Origin: Candidatus Omnitrophota bacterium
GTDB lineage: Bacteria; Omnitrophota; Omnitrophia; Omnitrophales; Aquincolibacteriaceae
DNA length: 64,000 bases
NCBI GenBank assembly: GCA_035352955.1
Contig: DAOPYQ010000003.1
Location: 12,901 to 76,900 of the forward strand
Reading direction: 5' to 3'
Positions 1 to 9,716 of this stretch are shown piece after piece; position 1 is the stretch's first letter, and each line of letters begins with the position of its first letter. A model generated the notes under the pieces. It did no database searches. It had not been told where the DNA came from and was given only the letters and a program-made list of their open reading frames with translations. Position numbers and translations under genes: made by a program.

Positions 1-186
1 TGCGTGGCAGGTGAAGCGGTTGTCGCCTTGAGAAACGCCTCTCGTTAAAGTTCCTGCCTGCCCGCCTTACGCTGGCCTGCCGACAGGTGTAGTCCCGCCT
101 TTGTTGCAGGCTAGGCTCACCGCGGCGCGAGCAGCTTTAGCCCAGAACCTTTCTTCGAAAGATCCTGGATCTAAAAAATGTTTGTA

Positions 187-585
187 TCATAGAAGCTCGA
201 ACGCTTCGCGAAGGGACAAGATAAGGGTCTGTTTGTGCTTTTTGAGCCCAAGGAGTTTTTTGTCACCCGTAACAAAATAATGAACGCCGCCGGCCTCTAG
301 CAAACGGAGGATGGGAATATCCTTAGGGTCCTCAAAATCAATGGGGCCTGCCTTTTCCGAAGGGTCAATCACGGTCATGCGAGCTCGGATATAACGAGCA
401 AAAACTTCGACTTCCCGTTCCGGGATTTTTAACTTTCCGGACAATTTTTCCACGGCTTCCCGGAGGATGTACTCCGAAACAAGGGTTTCATGATCCGCCA
501 AAACCCTGACAAAAAGCTGTTGGGCAATACCGTCCCGCGTCAAAAAAGCTGAGAGAAGGACATTGGCATCAAAAACGACTCTCAT
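187..585 (-). CDS. vapC: PIN-domain ribonuclease toxin (VapC-like) of a type II TA pair
   Basis: 132 aa. N-terminus 'MRVVFDANVLLSAF' and acidic residues are typical of PIN/VapC. Overlaps the upstream small RHH gene by 4 bp (ATGA). Confidence 0.75.
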   Translation of the reverse strand: MRVVFDANVLLSAFLTRDGIAQQLFVRVLADHETLVSEYILREAVEKLSGKLKIPEREVEVFARYIRARMTVIDPSEKAGPIDFEDPKDIPILRLLEAGGVHYFVTGDKKLLGLKKHKQTLILSLREAFELL

Positions 586-875
586 GAACCCAAAACCTGG
601 TCCACATCGTTTCCGGTGTAAATGCCTTTGGTCTGGGCGTAGGGAATGAGTTTTTCCCGGACACCTTGAAATTCCCGCTCAAGAAGAAACCGGCGAAGAG
701 CTTCGTTGATGATCTCGGTCCTTGTCATCCCTTCCCGACTCATGAGAGTCGCGACCATTTTTGCGATCTTGGGTCTCAACTGAACGGAAGTTAGGTTTTT
801 TCGTTTCATAGAAAACTCCTTTTTATGTAATACATCGTCCATATAAAGTATTACATGATCCATAAACCCTGTCAA
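582..875 (-). CDS. Ribbon-helix-helix (CopG/VapB-like) antitoxin
   Basis: Small basic protein; 'TSVQLRPKIAKMVATLMSREGMTRTEIINEALRRFL' is RHH-like. True start is probably the internal Met (MKRKN, ~812). 4-bp overlap with the PIN toxin gene. Confidence 0.6.
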   Translation of the reverse strand: MTGFMDHVILYMDDVLHKKEFSMKRKNLTSVQLRPKIAKMVATLMSREGMTRTEIINEALRRFLLEREFQGVREKLIPYAQTKGIYTGNDVDQVLGS

Positions 876-904
876 GCGATGGCGGCCACAGTCTGCGGGC
901 TATT

Positions 905-940
905 ATAAGCCATAAGCTATGAGCTATAAGCTATGGGCTT
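905..940. repeat. Tandem direct repeats (ataagctatgRgct x ~2.5) in the TA promoter region
   Basis: Seen directly: ataagcc / ataagctatgagct / ataagctatgggct, immediately upstream of the antitoxin start. Candidate operator. Confidence 0.45.
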
Positions 941-1359
941 CCGTCCGTTACCACGGTATCCGTATTCCCGCCTCGGCTCGGACGGGATTGTCAAAAATCC
1001 CGCTTTGCCGTAGGAGAAATCAATTCTTTCCGCGGCGTGGCACCTGCGCACAGGCGCAGGTACGAAGCCGTCCCAAACCGTTGGGGTTTGGGGCAAGACC
1101 TACCACGGGATCTTAATCCCGAATTCCCCGCGCGCTTCATCTACGGTCCGGACGAACCTCAGAAAAAGCTGCGCGTCACCGCCAAAAAGCTCCTTCGTTA
1201 GGACGAGCTCCAGGCCTAGCGGCTTTCCCGTGCGGCTGATAAGGTTGACCGAGATTTCATCAGGGAGAAGAGCCCGCACATCATTCCGAGGCTGGGTTTC
1301 AAAAGAAAGAGCCCCGGTCTCCTTGGGGTCGTCATCGGTGGCCTTTGTGATAAGCTTTT

Positions 1360-2190
1360 TCAGGTCAAGGTCCGCGCCAACCCTGATCTCGGACCTTCTG
1401 CCGTCCGCGTATTCGATCTCAAATGAAAGCGCAAGATCGTCCGAAAGCTTCCCTTCCCGAACAGAACGATCGTCTGCGTCAAACGCTTCTTCGCGCCGCG
1501 TGAAGTCTTATATTCCAGCCCCACTTGATAGCGGATCTCCCCCTCTTTCGCAAGAATATGCGAACTCTCGAATGTCCCACGGAACCGGAACGCGGAATCG
1601 CTGTCGATCCCGATGAGATATGTCAGCTTGTTCTCGTCGGAGACATCCCATTCACCTTTAAAAACAAGCCCCTGAGTGACTCTTGTAACACGGTGCCTTT
1701 TTTTTCCGGCGCCCTCAACAACTGACTTTGTGGTAAAAGAATAGACGACTTCGTGGTGCTCGTTAACTTCCCACGCCCCCTCGAACGTTAGAACAGAAGG
1801 ACCGCGCTCTTTGCCTGGCCCCTGGATCGTAGCCCGTGTCCCGACCGTAAACGTGATCCGGTTCTTGTCATCCAGTTCCCACTTACCCGCAAGCTTTACA
1901 AGTCCAGTCGTTTTTCTTTTTTGGTCCTCGTCAACCGTAACCGACACCACCAACGCATCCGGTTCCACCGCCACGATCTGCGCCTTGAACTCCGCTTCTT
2001 TCGATACCGTACGCGGCAATCTTTGAAAAGCGACGGCATCGCACTTGCGCATTGGTGCAAGTGTCGTGGCCCTTGTCCCGCCGCCCGTGTCCCGCTCTTT
2101 GTACGTCAACTCATGCTCCGGCGACAGCTTCCACTCCCCCGCGAGCGTTTCAATATCCCTTTGCAGATCAGCCAGCTTCTTGCAGCGCAT
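1360..2190 (-). CDS. Hypothetical protein with four ~45-aa internal repeats (GEW/LTY motif); apparently frameshifted, with the reading frame continuing to ~1099
   Basis: Repeats 'AGEWKLSPEHELTYK', 'AGKWELDDKNRITFTV', 'EGAWEVNEHHEVVYSF', 'KGEWDVSDENKLTYLI'. After ~1505 the annotated frame becomes R/T-rich junk. Another frame (no start codon) reads a plausible 'DFTRREEAFDADDRSVREGKLSDDLALSFEIEYADGRR...GIKIPW*' down to 1099. Confidence 0.5.
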   Translation of the reverse strand: MRCKKLADLQRDIETLAGEWKLSPEHELTYKERDTGGGTRATTLAPMRKCDAVAFQRLPRTVSKEAEFKAQIVAVEPDALVVSVTVDEDQKRKTTGLVKLAGKWELDDKNRITFTVGTRATIQGPGKERGPSVLTFEGAWEVNEHHEVVYSFTTKSVVEGAGKKRHRVTRVTQGLVFKGEWDVSDENKLTYLIGIDSDSAFRFRGTFESSHILAKEGEIRYQVGLEYKTSRGAKKRLTQTIVLFGKGSFRTILRFHLRSNTRTAEGPRSGLARTLT

Positions 2191-2275
2191 CTAGCGATCC
2201 TAGGACATTGCATACGTTTGCCCCATCCTTACTGCAACCCGGTTTCTCGTACTTTTAGGCCATCAGCTAAGAGCT

Positions 2276-3901
2276 CTATTGCCTACTGTTTGCGGCTCTC
2301 TTCAGAATATAAAATCCGTCCTGCTCAAAGGAAACCGCGTAACCGGATGCCCGAAGTTCGTCAAGAGCCGCCTCCGGAGATCCTTTTAAAAGCCCTCGAT
2401 CAATCGCCACGAGATCGGTATGGCGAGCCTTCCAGGAGCCACCTTCCTTCGGATGATCATTTTCAAATATATGAAGCTCCTTGCGGTTCGCCGCATGAGG
2501 AGCATAGAACTCATGAGTCCGGAGCGACGCCTCCGCAGGAAGGCTCCGCAGCTTTTCCCGGACCATAACAGTATGAGGCGTAATCGCAATCCAGTTACGG
2601 CGGATCGGATACGCTTCAGAAACTCCGCTTAGAAAAACAGAGGTCAAAAGGATCAAATAAGCCCAATAGCGACGAAACTTTCGGATCTTAGCCATCGCGG
2701 CGACGGACGCGATGAACACGAAAGGCGTCAGGGTCGCCGTATACTGAAAATAAAGAGAACGCGTCGTGATGCTGCGCGACAAGATATTCTGTGCCAAAGT
2801 CGGCAACGTCAACATCAACTGCAACGGCGCAAAAAAACTGGTAAACGCAAGCGGTCCGTACACCTTCGCAACATACGACAAGGTCGTTACGTTAATAACA
2901 TGCCTGCTCAAAGGCTTCCACCCCAGGCAAAGCCATTCGGTAAAATTTCCGGAAAGATAAAAATAAGGGGCCCCGGACAACACGGGAATGATCCAATGGA
3001 CAACGGCGTAGAAATAGACCGCAGAAAACACGATCCAGAAGGCCCCAAAACCGAGGGATCTGTCCTTTTTCAGACACGCATAAACCCCGAAAGCAAAAGC
3101 AACGGTCGCAATATTCTCTTTGGCTGCCAGTGCAAGAGCCAAGAAAACGGACGAAAGGAGAGTTCTTTTCTCTTCCAGAAAGCAAAACGCCCAGAACAGA
3201 AGCGGCATGGCAAGAACTTCCGGATGAAAGTCAAAACGGACAGAGTTCCTTACGGGAGAGTAAAGCGCAAAGCAAATACAGCACAGGATCGCCCAAGCGG
3301 GCGATTGTCCGGTCTTCCGGACGAATCTCGCCAGCGGAAACACACAGGATGCCGCCGCCAAAGCCTGCATCCCAAGCAAAAACTCGGGATGCGGCCAGAC
3401 CCTGTATGGGATCGCAAATACCGCAAGGATCGGCGCAAAATGATCTCCCAAAAGGCTGATACCTCCCTTGATGCTCGAATAGAACCAGTCCCCCTGAGTT
3501 GTATTCCAGATGGCCTGTGTGAAAATCGCCATGTCGAAACCGGCATCCATGGCCTCAAGGCGGAGGCAACTGGAGACCGCCCACCACAACCCGAAACCGG
3601 AGAACAAACCTAAACTCCAGGCAACAGAACGGGAGCGCATGCTTTCGACCATACGGCCCCAAACACACCGCGCATTGATGAAAGCGTCCCGCCTGGCCCA
3701 TTCAAACAGCAAAAGTCCTAAGACCGCAGCTCCGGACGCCGTAAAATTTAAAGATCGCTTATAAATTTTAGGAATTGCATCAAACACTGCCGACCATATC
3801 CCCGGACAAAAAGTAGCGACCCCGAAATAAAACCCGAGCAAAAAAAGCAACAGTGCCTCCCCCATCCGAAAAGCTGTTATCTTAAGCAATCCGTTGCGCA
3901 T
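2276..3901 (-). CDS. Polytopic membrane protein, possible GT-C-type glycosyltransferase (DUF2079-like)
   Basis: 541 aa with many predicted TM helices and an FHPE motif region. Lies in the context of GT-C/GT2 genes. Confidence 0.4.
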   Translation of the reverse strand: MRNGLLKITAFRMGEALLLFLLGFYFGVATFCPGIWSAVFDAIPKIYKRSLNFTASGAAVLGLLLFEWARRDAFINARCVWGRMVESMRSRSVAWSLGLFSGFGLWWAVSSCLRLEAMDAGFDMAIFTQAIWNTTQGDWFYSSIKGGISLLGDHFAPILAVFAIPYRVWPHPEFLLGMQALAAASCVFPLARFVRKTGQSPAWAILCCICFALYSPVRNSVRFDFHPEVLAMPLLFWAFCFLEEKRTLLSSVFLALALAAKENIATVAFAFGVYACLKKDRSLGFGAFWIVFSAVYFYAVVHWIIPVLSGAPYFYLSGNFTEWLCLGWKPLSRHVINVTTLSYVAKVYGPLAFTSFFAPLQLMLTLPTLAQNILSRSITTRSLYFQYTATLTPFVFIASVAAMAKIRKFRRYWAYLILLTSVFLSGVSEAYPIRRNWIAITPHTVMVREKLRSLPAEASLRTHEFYAPHAANRKELHIFENDHPKEGGSWKARHTDLVAIDRGLLKGSPEAALDELRASGYAVSFEQDGFYILKRAANSRQ

Positions 3902-3910
3902 AGATTTCCC

Positions 3911-5842
3911 CTATCTAACCGGAACCCTGAAAATAAAAAAAGTTTTTCCCACGCGAAATTCCGGAGGCCTGTTCTTAAACCAGGACTCCGAAGAACGCTG
4001 CTGCTCCACATAACATCGTATGCCCAGCGCATAATAACCGGGCCGTGGAGAAACAAAATCGTTCTTCTCCATCCTCATCCAAGGCATCCCGTAATAGTTA
4101 TAGACGTCCCCGTTTTCAGCCTCGGACGCGATTTTGATCATTGGAATTTTTTTCGCGATCACGAACTCGGCAAGACGTCCGTTGTCTTGTCCCCAGTTGA
4201 TATTGGAATCCGCGACAAACTTGGCTCCTTGCTCCGCGCCGCCAACAAATTCATTAAAAAATGCTAAATAATCCGGTGCCGCCGCAACCGTACGCGCCGC
4301 CGTCTCAACGATAAAGATAGCCAGTAAAACAAAAACACACCTTCGAAGAACAGTATGTTGTATTTGTTTTATCAGCGATCCAGCGTAGCCTGCAAGAAGG
4401 AACAGAAACGGATAAACAGGAAGGATATGGCGCAGTCCGATATGAATCTTGTTCGGGATAGCGGCACCCAAAAAGAATATGGCCGGCAGAAGAACCAGAG
4501 ATTTGACCAGAATTGATCGTTTGGAGTAGAGCAGAGCAATGGCTCCAATCACCGAAAGAATCAACGTCAAAAACGGGGTCTTTATCGCCATGAGAGCAGG
4601 AAAATAGCGCCAGTCGCATGTCACGAACGAGCCCTCCACGCAGGCTCCATGACCGCCCGCAGAGTGCGAGAGCACAATTCCGAGCGGCTTCATATAATTA
4701 CCAAACCCGATTAAGCGATAAAACTTATAAACGATATCCGTATAATCCAACACGATAAAAAGCGCCGCCAGCACAAATACCGTCAAAAAGCATTTCACCA
4801 AACGGACGCGGCTATCCTCTGACGGGAACCTTGCAAAAAACGCTGCTATTGTCAAAGCAATAAAGCTTCCAAACATCAGAAAAGCCGCCAGCGAAACGCT
4901 GTATTTCTTCTTCAGCTTCCATGAAAAAACAATACAAAGCAAGGCGCCGCCAAGCATAGTCGCCCGAAAAAAAATGCGCGCAACACTAGAACTGCGGATA
5001 AACGCAAGATCCCTCGCAAAAAGATAAACAGCGAACACACAAAACGGACCGAATAGAACCATCGCTTGTTTCTCTCCGATCGCGTTAGCAACAAGAAAAA
5101 GGGAAATGCCCAGGATCCATTTCTCAAACTGCAGAGGTAATGGCGGGAGCGAAGAATTTTTCACAGTGTCAAAATAATAGATTACAAATAGACAGGCAAT
5201 GACCGGAATCAGAACCAGACTGCTTATCTTGGACACAAAAGCAGCACCGCATGCCACACCAACCCAAACAGCGCGCCTACCGGACGGTTCGTCAAAAAAT
5301 CGCTTGCTCGCGTAAATAGCAAAAAAATAGAAAACCGCAAGCCCCATATCAGTCGTGTACAAGCTTCCATGGGCGATCATGTTGGGGTCAAAGGAAAACA
5401 AAGCGAGCGAAAGAAAAGCGCCCCAGGCACCAAAAAGCTCCCCGCAAAGGCAAAAAATACCAACGGCAAGTAGCAACGTTAATAAAATGATAGGGACCCG
5501 CTCCCAAAAAAGGATCTGCCGAGGCGTGTTCCCCACTTTGTAAAGGAACATGGCCCCGGTCCGCGAAATATCGACACTGTTGGTCCCCAAAAGGCGCACA
5601 TAGTTTTGGATGGGAAAAGCGGGTTGCAATAAGAGGAGCGGTAAGGCTCCTAATTGAATTAGAAAGGGCGGATGTTCTCCAAGAAATTCGTAATTGTTGT
5701 AACGGACCATTGGATATGCGCTTCCATTGTAGTATGTCTCATCCACGGTCTGGCTGGTTTCATAGGCGGCATAAATTGCTTGGATCCCGATGAAAATCAA
5801 AAGCGCGATAACGCAAAGCCAATACTTGAATCCTGCCTGCAT
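3911..5842 (-). CDS. GT-C fold membrane glycosyltransferase, family 39/83-like (ArnT/PMT-like)
   Basis: 643 aa polytopic. First loop 'VDETYYNGSAYPMVRY' resembles the DE-x-x-Y catalytic motif of ArnT/PMT. Confidence 0.6.
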   Translation of the reverse strand: MQAGFKYWLCVIALLIFIGIQAIYAAYETSQTVDETYYNGSAYPMVRYNNYEFLGEHPPFLIQLGALPLLLLQPAFPIQNYVRLLGTNSVDISRTGAMFLYKVGNTPRQILFWERVPIILLTLLLAVGIFCLCGELFGAWGAFLSLALFSFDPNMIAHGSLYTTDMGLAVFYFFAIYASKRFFDEPSGRRAVWVGVACGAAFVSKISSLVLIPVIACLFVIYYFDTVKNSSLPPLPLQFEKWILGISLFLVANAIGEKQAMVLFGPFCVFAVYLFARDLAFIRSSSVARIFFRATMLGGALLCIVFSWKLKKKYSVSLAAFLMFGSFIALTIAAFFARFPSEDSRVRLVKCFLTVFVLAALFIVLDYTDIVYKFYRLIGFGNYMKPLGIVLSHSAGGHGACVEGSFVTCDWRYFPALMAIKTPFLTLILSVIGAIALLYSKRSILVKSLVLLPAIFFLGAAIPNKIHIGLRHILPVYPFLFLLAGYAGSLIKQIQHTVLRRCVFVLLAIFIVETAARTVAAAPDYLAFFNEFVGGAEQGAKFVADSNINWGQDNGRLAEFVIAKKIPMIKIASEAENGDVYNYYGMPWMRMEKNDFVSPRPGYYALGIRCYVEQQRSSESWFKNRPPEFRVGKTFFIFRVPVR

Positions 5843-5843
5843 G

Positions 5844-7322
5844 CTACACGCTCTTGATGGTTGTGCGACGGGAAGGAAAAGCTTTCATCCACCATGATGT
5901 CAACAAACTTGGCCATTTCAAATGATAAAAAAAATACGCCGTAGTGATTAGCATCAAAGGTTCCAGCGGAAAACGATATTTTCTGTCTGGATAGATCACC
6001 ATATGCTCCGCGAACCAAAAAAGAAAACACAGCCCGAGAACACAAAGACAATTCCTTGTGATTGGCGATAAGGCTTTATGTTGTCTCACGAGAAGCATCA
6101 TGGCAATTAAAGAAGAGAAAAAAACGATATAGTAAAAAGCAAAGGCGTACTCTTCCAAAGATTTTCTAAGCTTGTCAGGCAGGGGGCGCCGCGAATCAAA
6201 AGAACCGGGATAATACTCATACCAAAGGGCCCAGATCCCGCTCTTCCGGTTGAAGCACATGAAATCGAGTAATCGAGCCGTCCCAAGTTGAAGGAACGAT
6301 AAAGGATGTTCCCGTATCCATTTTTTCATTTCACGTCCGGCGATCTGATGCATCTTCCCTTCGTTCCCCGATCGAAATGCAGCGTCCAATTCCGCGGAAT
6401 AACCCGGTTCCCCCTTTAGCGGAATGTGGCCGCCGCCCTCGGGGCCTGCGGTCGAATTCATTTGCGGATAAATATAATACGCGGTCGCCGTATAAAGTAC
6501 CGGCGTCTTCCAAACCTTGTAATTGCGGACGAGCCAAGGAAGATTGATGAGTTGCATGACGAGCGCCACGAGCAACAGTTTTCCAAGAACTTCCCGAAGA
6601 GGGCGTTTTAAAAGCCAGAAAGTGAAGCCCACGACAAATGGCATGAAGATGGTGTGTGTCCGTATCATGGTCGCATATCCAAAGATGAGACCAAGCCACA
6701 GCCAATCCAAACAGATCTTTCTCCCCTTCAAGATGCTGCATAGCATCCAGAGCCCCCCGTAAAAAAAAGGAAGGAATAAATGTTCATCCGTGATCAATTT
6801 AATGCTGTAAACGGACATGGGATAAATGGCGAACAAGAAACCGGAGATCAAAGCAATATTTTCATTGAAGATCATGCAGGCGATCTGAAAAAGAAAATAA
6901 AACGTAATTCCATACAGAATGAGGTTCAAAGTCCAGACCACTCCCAAATGCACGCCAAACAGTTTATAAAATAAGGCGAGAAACATCGGGTAACCGATGG
7001 GCCTCCGTCCGGAGGGCAGGCCATCGGGCCCATGAAACCATGTGCCATTCTGGGCTAATTCGATCGCTTGAACATTGATCCAATCATTTTCGAGCATGTG
7101 CCCGGCGTTCCAATGGCTCATGGGAGTGTGTGCGGAATAATGGAGCCATCCGATCCGCAGGGACAGCCCCAGGATAAAGATGAGCAGGAAAGCGGCCCAT
7201 TTTGAGATGGTGAAGCGGCTCTTGGGCAATAATCGGAACAGCAGGATCCCGCCCATGACGATTAGAAAAAATGTCGTGAATTTACCGAACTTCACATACT
7301 GATAGAGGTAGTGGAGGATCAT
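5844..7322 (-). CDS. GT-C fold membrane glycosyltransferase, family 39-like
   Basis: 492 aa polytopic. 'ENDWINVQAIELAQNGTWF' resembles the ArnT/PMT DE-loop. Adjacent to another GT-C gene. Confidence 0.55.
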   Translation of the reverse strand: MILHYLYQYVKFGKFTTFFLIVMGGILLFRLLPKSRFTISKWAAFLLIFILGLSLRIGWLHYSAHTPMSHWNAGHMLENDWINVQAIELAQNGTWFHGPDGLPSGRRPIGYPMFLALFYKLFGVHLGVVWTLNLILYGITFYFLFQIACMIFNENIALISGFLFAIYPMSVYSIKLITDEHLFLPFFYGGLWMLCSILKGRKICLDWLWLGLIFGYATMIRTHTIFMPFVVGFTFWLLKRPLREVLGKLLLVALVMQLINLPWLVRNYKVWKTPVLYTATAYYIYPQMNSTAGPEGGGHIPLKGEPGYSAELDAAFRSGNEGKMHQIAGREMKKWIREHPLSFLQLGTARLLDFMCFNRKSGIWALWYEYYPGSFDSRRPLPDKLRKSLEEYAFAFYYIVFFSSLIAMMLLVRQHKALSPITRNCLCVLGLCFLFWFAEHMVIYPDRKYRFPLEPLMLITTAYFFYHLKWPSLLTSWWMKAFPSRRTTIKSV

Positions 7323-7948
7323 GCGGCCCCTTTGGGTGTGGCGGTGATCAAAAGATATTTTGCCAGTCCGTTACGCGAATAAAAAAAGCGGGTCTTTGTA
7401 ATCTTTAGAGCGGTTTCGCAAAGCACCAGATAGGCCTCTTGGGTGCGGACGAACGGCCCTTGATCCATTTTGCATAATAGATTGTTGATCCAGTGATATC
7501 GCGAATAAACCGGCTCGGAAAAAACGATCTTGTTTTTCACAATGCGACTAAGTTCCGCCACCGCGGTTTTTGCGTCGTTGTCCGTGAGATGGTGAAGCAA
7601 ACCATAACCTAAGGCGGTGTCGAACGATTTTGACGCGAATGGCGTTCGAGTGATGCCGCTTGTCAAGAAGCGCCGATGAGGAGTCTCCCCGATCTTGCTT
7701 TTTGCCCACTGGATCCGCGTATCATCGATATCGATCCCCGTGTAATCACAGTGACTGGCGTGCCTTACAAAAACTCCGAACCCACAACCGGCGTCCAGGA
7801 GCTTTTCATCGGCTTTGAGCTCAAGTGCCTCCGAGATGGGACGGACCCGCAAACCCCAAAGGAACGCTTTACGGAGACCTTCATAAATCGCATGCGAATC
7901 CATGAAGGCCGCGATCATTTTTGAACCTGCAGGACCGTGTTCCAGCAA
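7319..7948 (-). CDS. Class I SAM-dependent methyltransferase
   Basis: 'LDAGCGFGVF' motif I; 'YGLLHHL' motif. Confidence 0.75.
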   Translation of the reverse strand: MLEHGPAGSKMIAAFMDSHAIYEGLRKAFLWGLRVRPISEALELKADEKLLDAGCGFGVFVRHASHCDYTGIDIDDTRIQWAKSKIGETPHRRFLTSGITRTPFASKSFDTALGYGLLHHLTDNDAKTAVAELSRIVKNKIVFSEPVYSRYHWINNLLCKMDQGPFVRTQEAYLVLCETALKITKTRFFYSRNGLAKYLLITATPKGAA

Positions 7949-8733
7949 AGGTAATTGGAAAAAGGAACATATTTAAGACAAAGATCATCCATACGCTGCA
8001 GCTTTTGGAAAAGACCGCGATATTCTTCGCCTGCCTCGATGACCTTTTTCCAGTACCGCACCTTGGAGGGATGCCACCGGCGAATAAAAAAGAAGTGGAG
8101 AAAGATCCCTAAGCTAAAAAGCCAGAATTCCCGGTGGCGGGACGAGAAAAAAAAGGAGGCGAAATCGCTGAGTTGTTTGAAGCTCAAGGGGCACTCATCG
8201 GCAGAGCGGACTTTGGACGCCATGGCGCGATAGATGTGAATGACGGGGTTGTAGGGCAAGGGTTCAATGAAAAAAGCTTTCCCGCCCGGCTTTAAAACAC
8301 GCCGGACTTCCCGGGCGGTCGCCGGTAGATCCACATGATGGAGTACGCCGTTTCCAAAAACAAAATCAAAGTGACCATCGGGATACGGGAGTGCGCTCGA
8401 AGACGCTACGGAAAATTGGGGGGCGACGCCGTAGTTAAGGGCTAATTGTTTGGCCAGAACCAATAACTCTTCGGCAACGTCACAACCTTCCACCTGTGCC
8501 CCCTGAAGAGCAAAATAGACCGCGGCCTCGCCTGCCCCGCAGCCGAGATCCAGGATCTTTTTTCCCTGGATCGGTCCCATGCTTTCGAGCGCAAAGCGGT
8601 TTTCCACGGCGGTAGGCGATTCGAAGGATTCCCGCACTAAGAGCGAAGCGATATCCATCCCTTGGGCCAACTGATTATGGAATTCCTTTTCACGCTGGAC
8701 CACGGAGTCGTTCGAGGGGGGCATCGGGGTCAA
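7915..8733 (-). CDS. Class I SAM-dependent methyltransferase
   Basis: 'ILDLGCGAGEAAVYFA' motif I; 'FDFVFGNGVLHHV'. Confidence 0.75.
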   Translation of the reverse strand: MTPMPPSNDSVVQREKEFHNQLAQGMDIASLLVRESFESPTAVENRFALESMGPIQGKKILDLGCGAGEAAVYFALQGAQVEGCDVAEELLVLAKQLALNYGVAPQFSVASSSALPYPDGHFDFVFGNGVLHHVDLPATAREVRRVLKPGGKAFFIEPLPYNPVIHIYRAMASKVRSADECPLSFKQLSDFASFFFSSRHREFWLFSLGIFLHFFFIRRWHPSKVRYWKKVIEAGEEYRGLFQKLQRMDDLCLKYVPFSNYLCWNTVLQVQK

Positions 8734-9716
8734 AAACCTTCTTTTTTCTGTATCAGATAGAGAGGCCGGTTCCGCGATTCGTCATAATTTCTGGCGAGAT
8801 AGCTTCCCAAGATGCCGAGTGTGATGAGTTGCACGCTGCCCAAGAAAAGAATGGCGACCATGAGCGATGCCCAGCCGGGAACCGCAATCTTGAGAACGAG
8901 CGAGACGTAAAGCGTGTGGATAAGTTCGATGGTGCAATAGACGAACGTTAAAAGGCCGATCCAAGTGGCGACATGCATCGGGAAAAAGGAAAAATGCGTG
9001 ATGCCGCTCCATGCGAACTGGAGCATTTTTAAAAGAGAAAACTTGGTTTTTCCGGCGAAGCGGGCTTCGCGCGTGATCAAAATTCCCGTTTGGCGGAAGC
9101 CCAGCCAGCTGATGAGCCCCCGAAGAAAAGGCCGTTTTTCGGTCATTTGTTTCAATACATCGGCCACGGGCCTTGAGATCAGACGAAAATCGCCCGTATC
9201 AAGGGGCATATCGATATGAGTCAGACGTTTCATCAGCCGGTAATACAGCGATGCTGTAGTTTTCTTAAAAAAGCTTTCCCCTTTTCTTTCGGCGCGAACG
9301 GCATACACGACATCGAATCCTTCTTTCCATTTGGCGATCATGTCGGGGATCGCTTCTGGAGGATCTTGAAGGTCGGCATCGATCGTGATCACAGCATCGC
9401 CGGTGGCATGGTCGATCCCCGCTTTAATGGCCGGCTGATGACCGAAATTTCTCGAAAACACAAGGACTTTGACGCGGGAGTCTTCACGATGAAGCCCGTT
9501 AAGGATCTCAGGGGAGCGGTCATGAGACCCATCGTCGACAAAGATCCACTCAACCTCTTCTTCGAGTGTCTTGGCGACCGCGAGTGTTTTACGGAAAAAT
9601 TCCTCGAGGCATTCCTCTTCATTGTAAACCGGAGCGACAATGCTGATCTTCATAGAGTCGTATTTTGCAACAGGAGACGATAGGATTCGAGGTTTTTTTT
9701 TGCGACCTGATGCCAT
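8730..9716 (-). CDS. GT2 polyprenol-phosphate sugar synthase (ArnC/GtrB/DPM1-like) with C-terminal TM helices
   Basis: 'ISIVAPVYNEEE', 'VDDGSHD' and 'IDADLQDPP' motifs, followed by two C-terminal TM segments. Probable start is MKISIV at 9653 (ATGA overlap with the upstream GT4 stop). Confidence 0.8.
   Translation of the reverse strand: MASGRKKKPRILSSPVAKYDSMKISIVAPVYNEEECLEEFFRKTLAVAKTLEEEVEWIFVDDGSHDRSPEILNGLHREDSRVKVLVFSRNFGHQPAIKAGIDHATGDAVITIDADLQDPPEAIPDMIAKWKEGFDVVYAVRAERKGESFFKKTTASLYYRLMKRLTHIDMPLDTGDFRLISRPVADVLKQMTEKRPFLRGLISWLGFRQTGILITREARFAGKTKFSLLKMLQFAWSGITHFSFFPMHVATWIGLLTFVYCTIELIHTLYVSLVLKIAVPGWASLMVAILFLGSVQLITLGILGSYLARNYDESRNRPLYLIQKKEGF

Noticed and set aside
1-186. GC-rich non-coding stretch at the left edge; considered tmRNA, RNase P, SRP or 6S RNA
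   Set aside because: No conserved signature of any of these families could be matched by eye (no T-arm GGTTCGAATCC, no RNase P P4 strand ACAGAA..CGGCTTA, no tag-peptide reading frame). It is left unassigned and would need an Rfam/cmscan search.
919-1116. 65-aa plus-strand ORF in the TA upstream region
   Set aside because: The product is basic and low-complexity. It overlaps the repeat/promoter region and the probable 3' end of the frameshifted repeat protein.
2900-3613. 237-aa plus-strand ORF and several 60-110-aa ORFs overlapping 2276-3901
   Set aside because: They are antisense to or nested within a long polytopic membrane protein gene. The compositions are basic and low-complexity.
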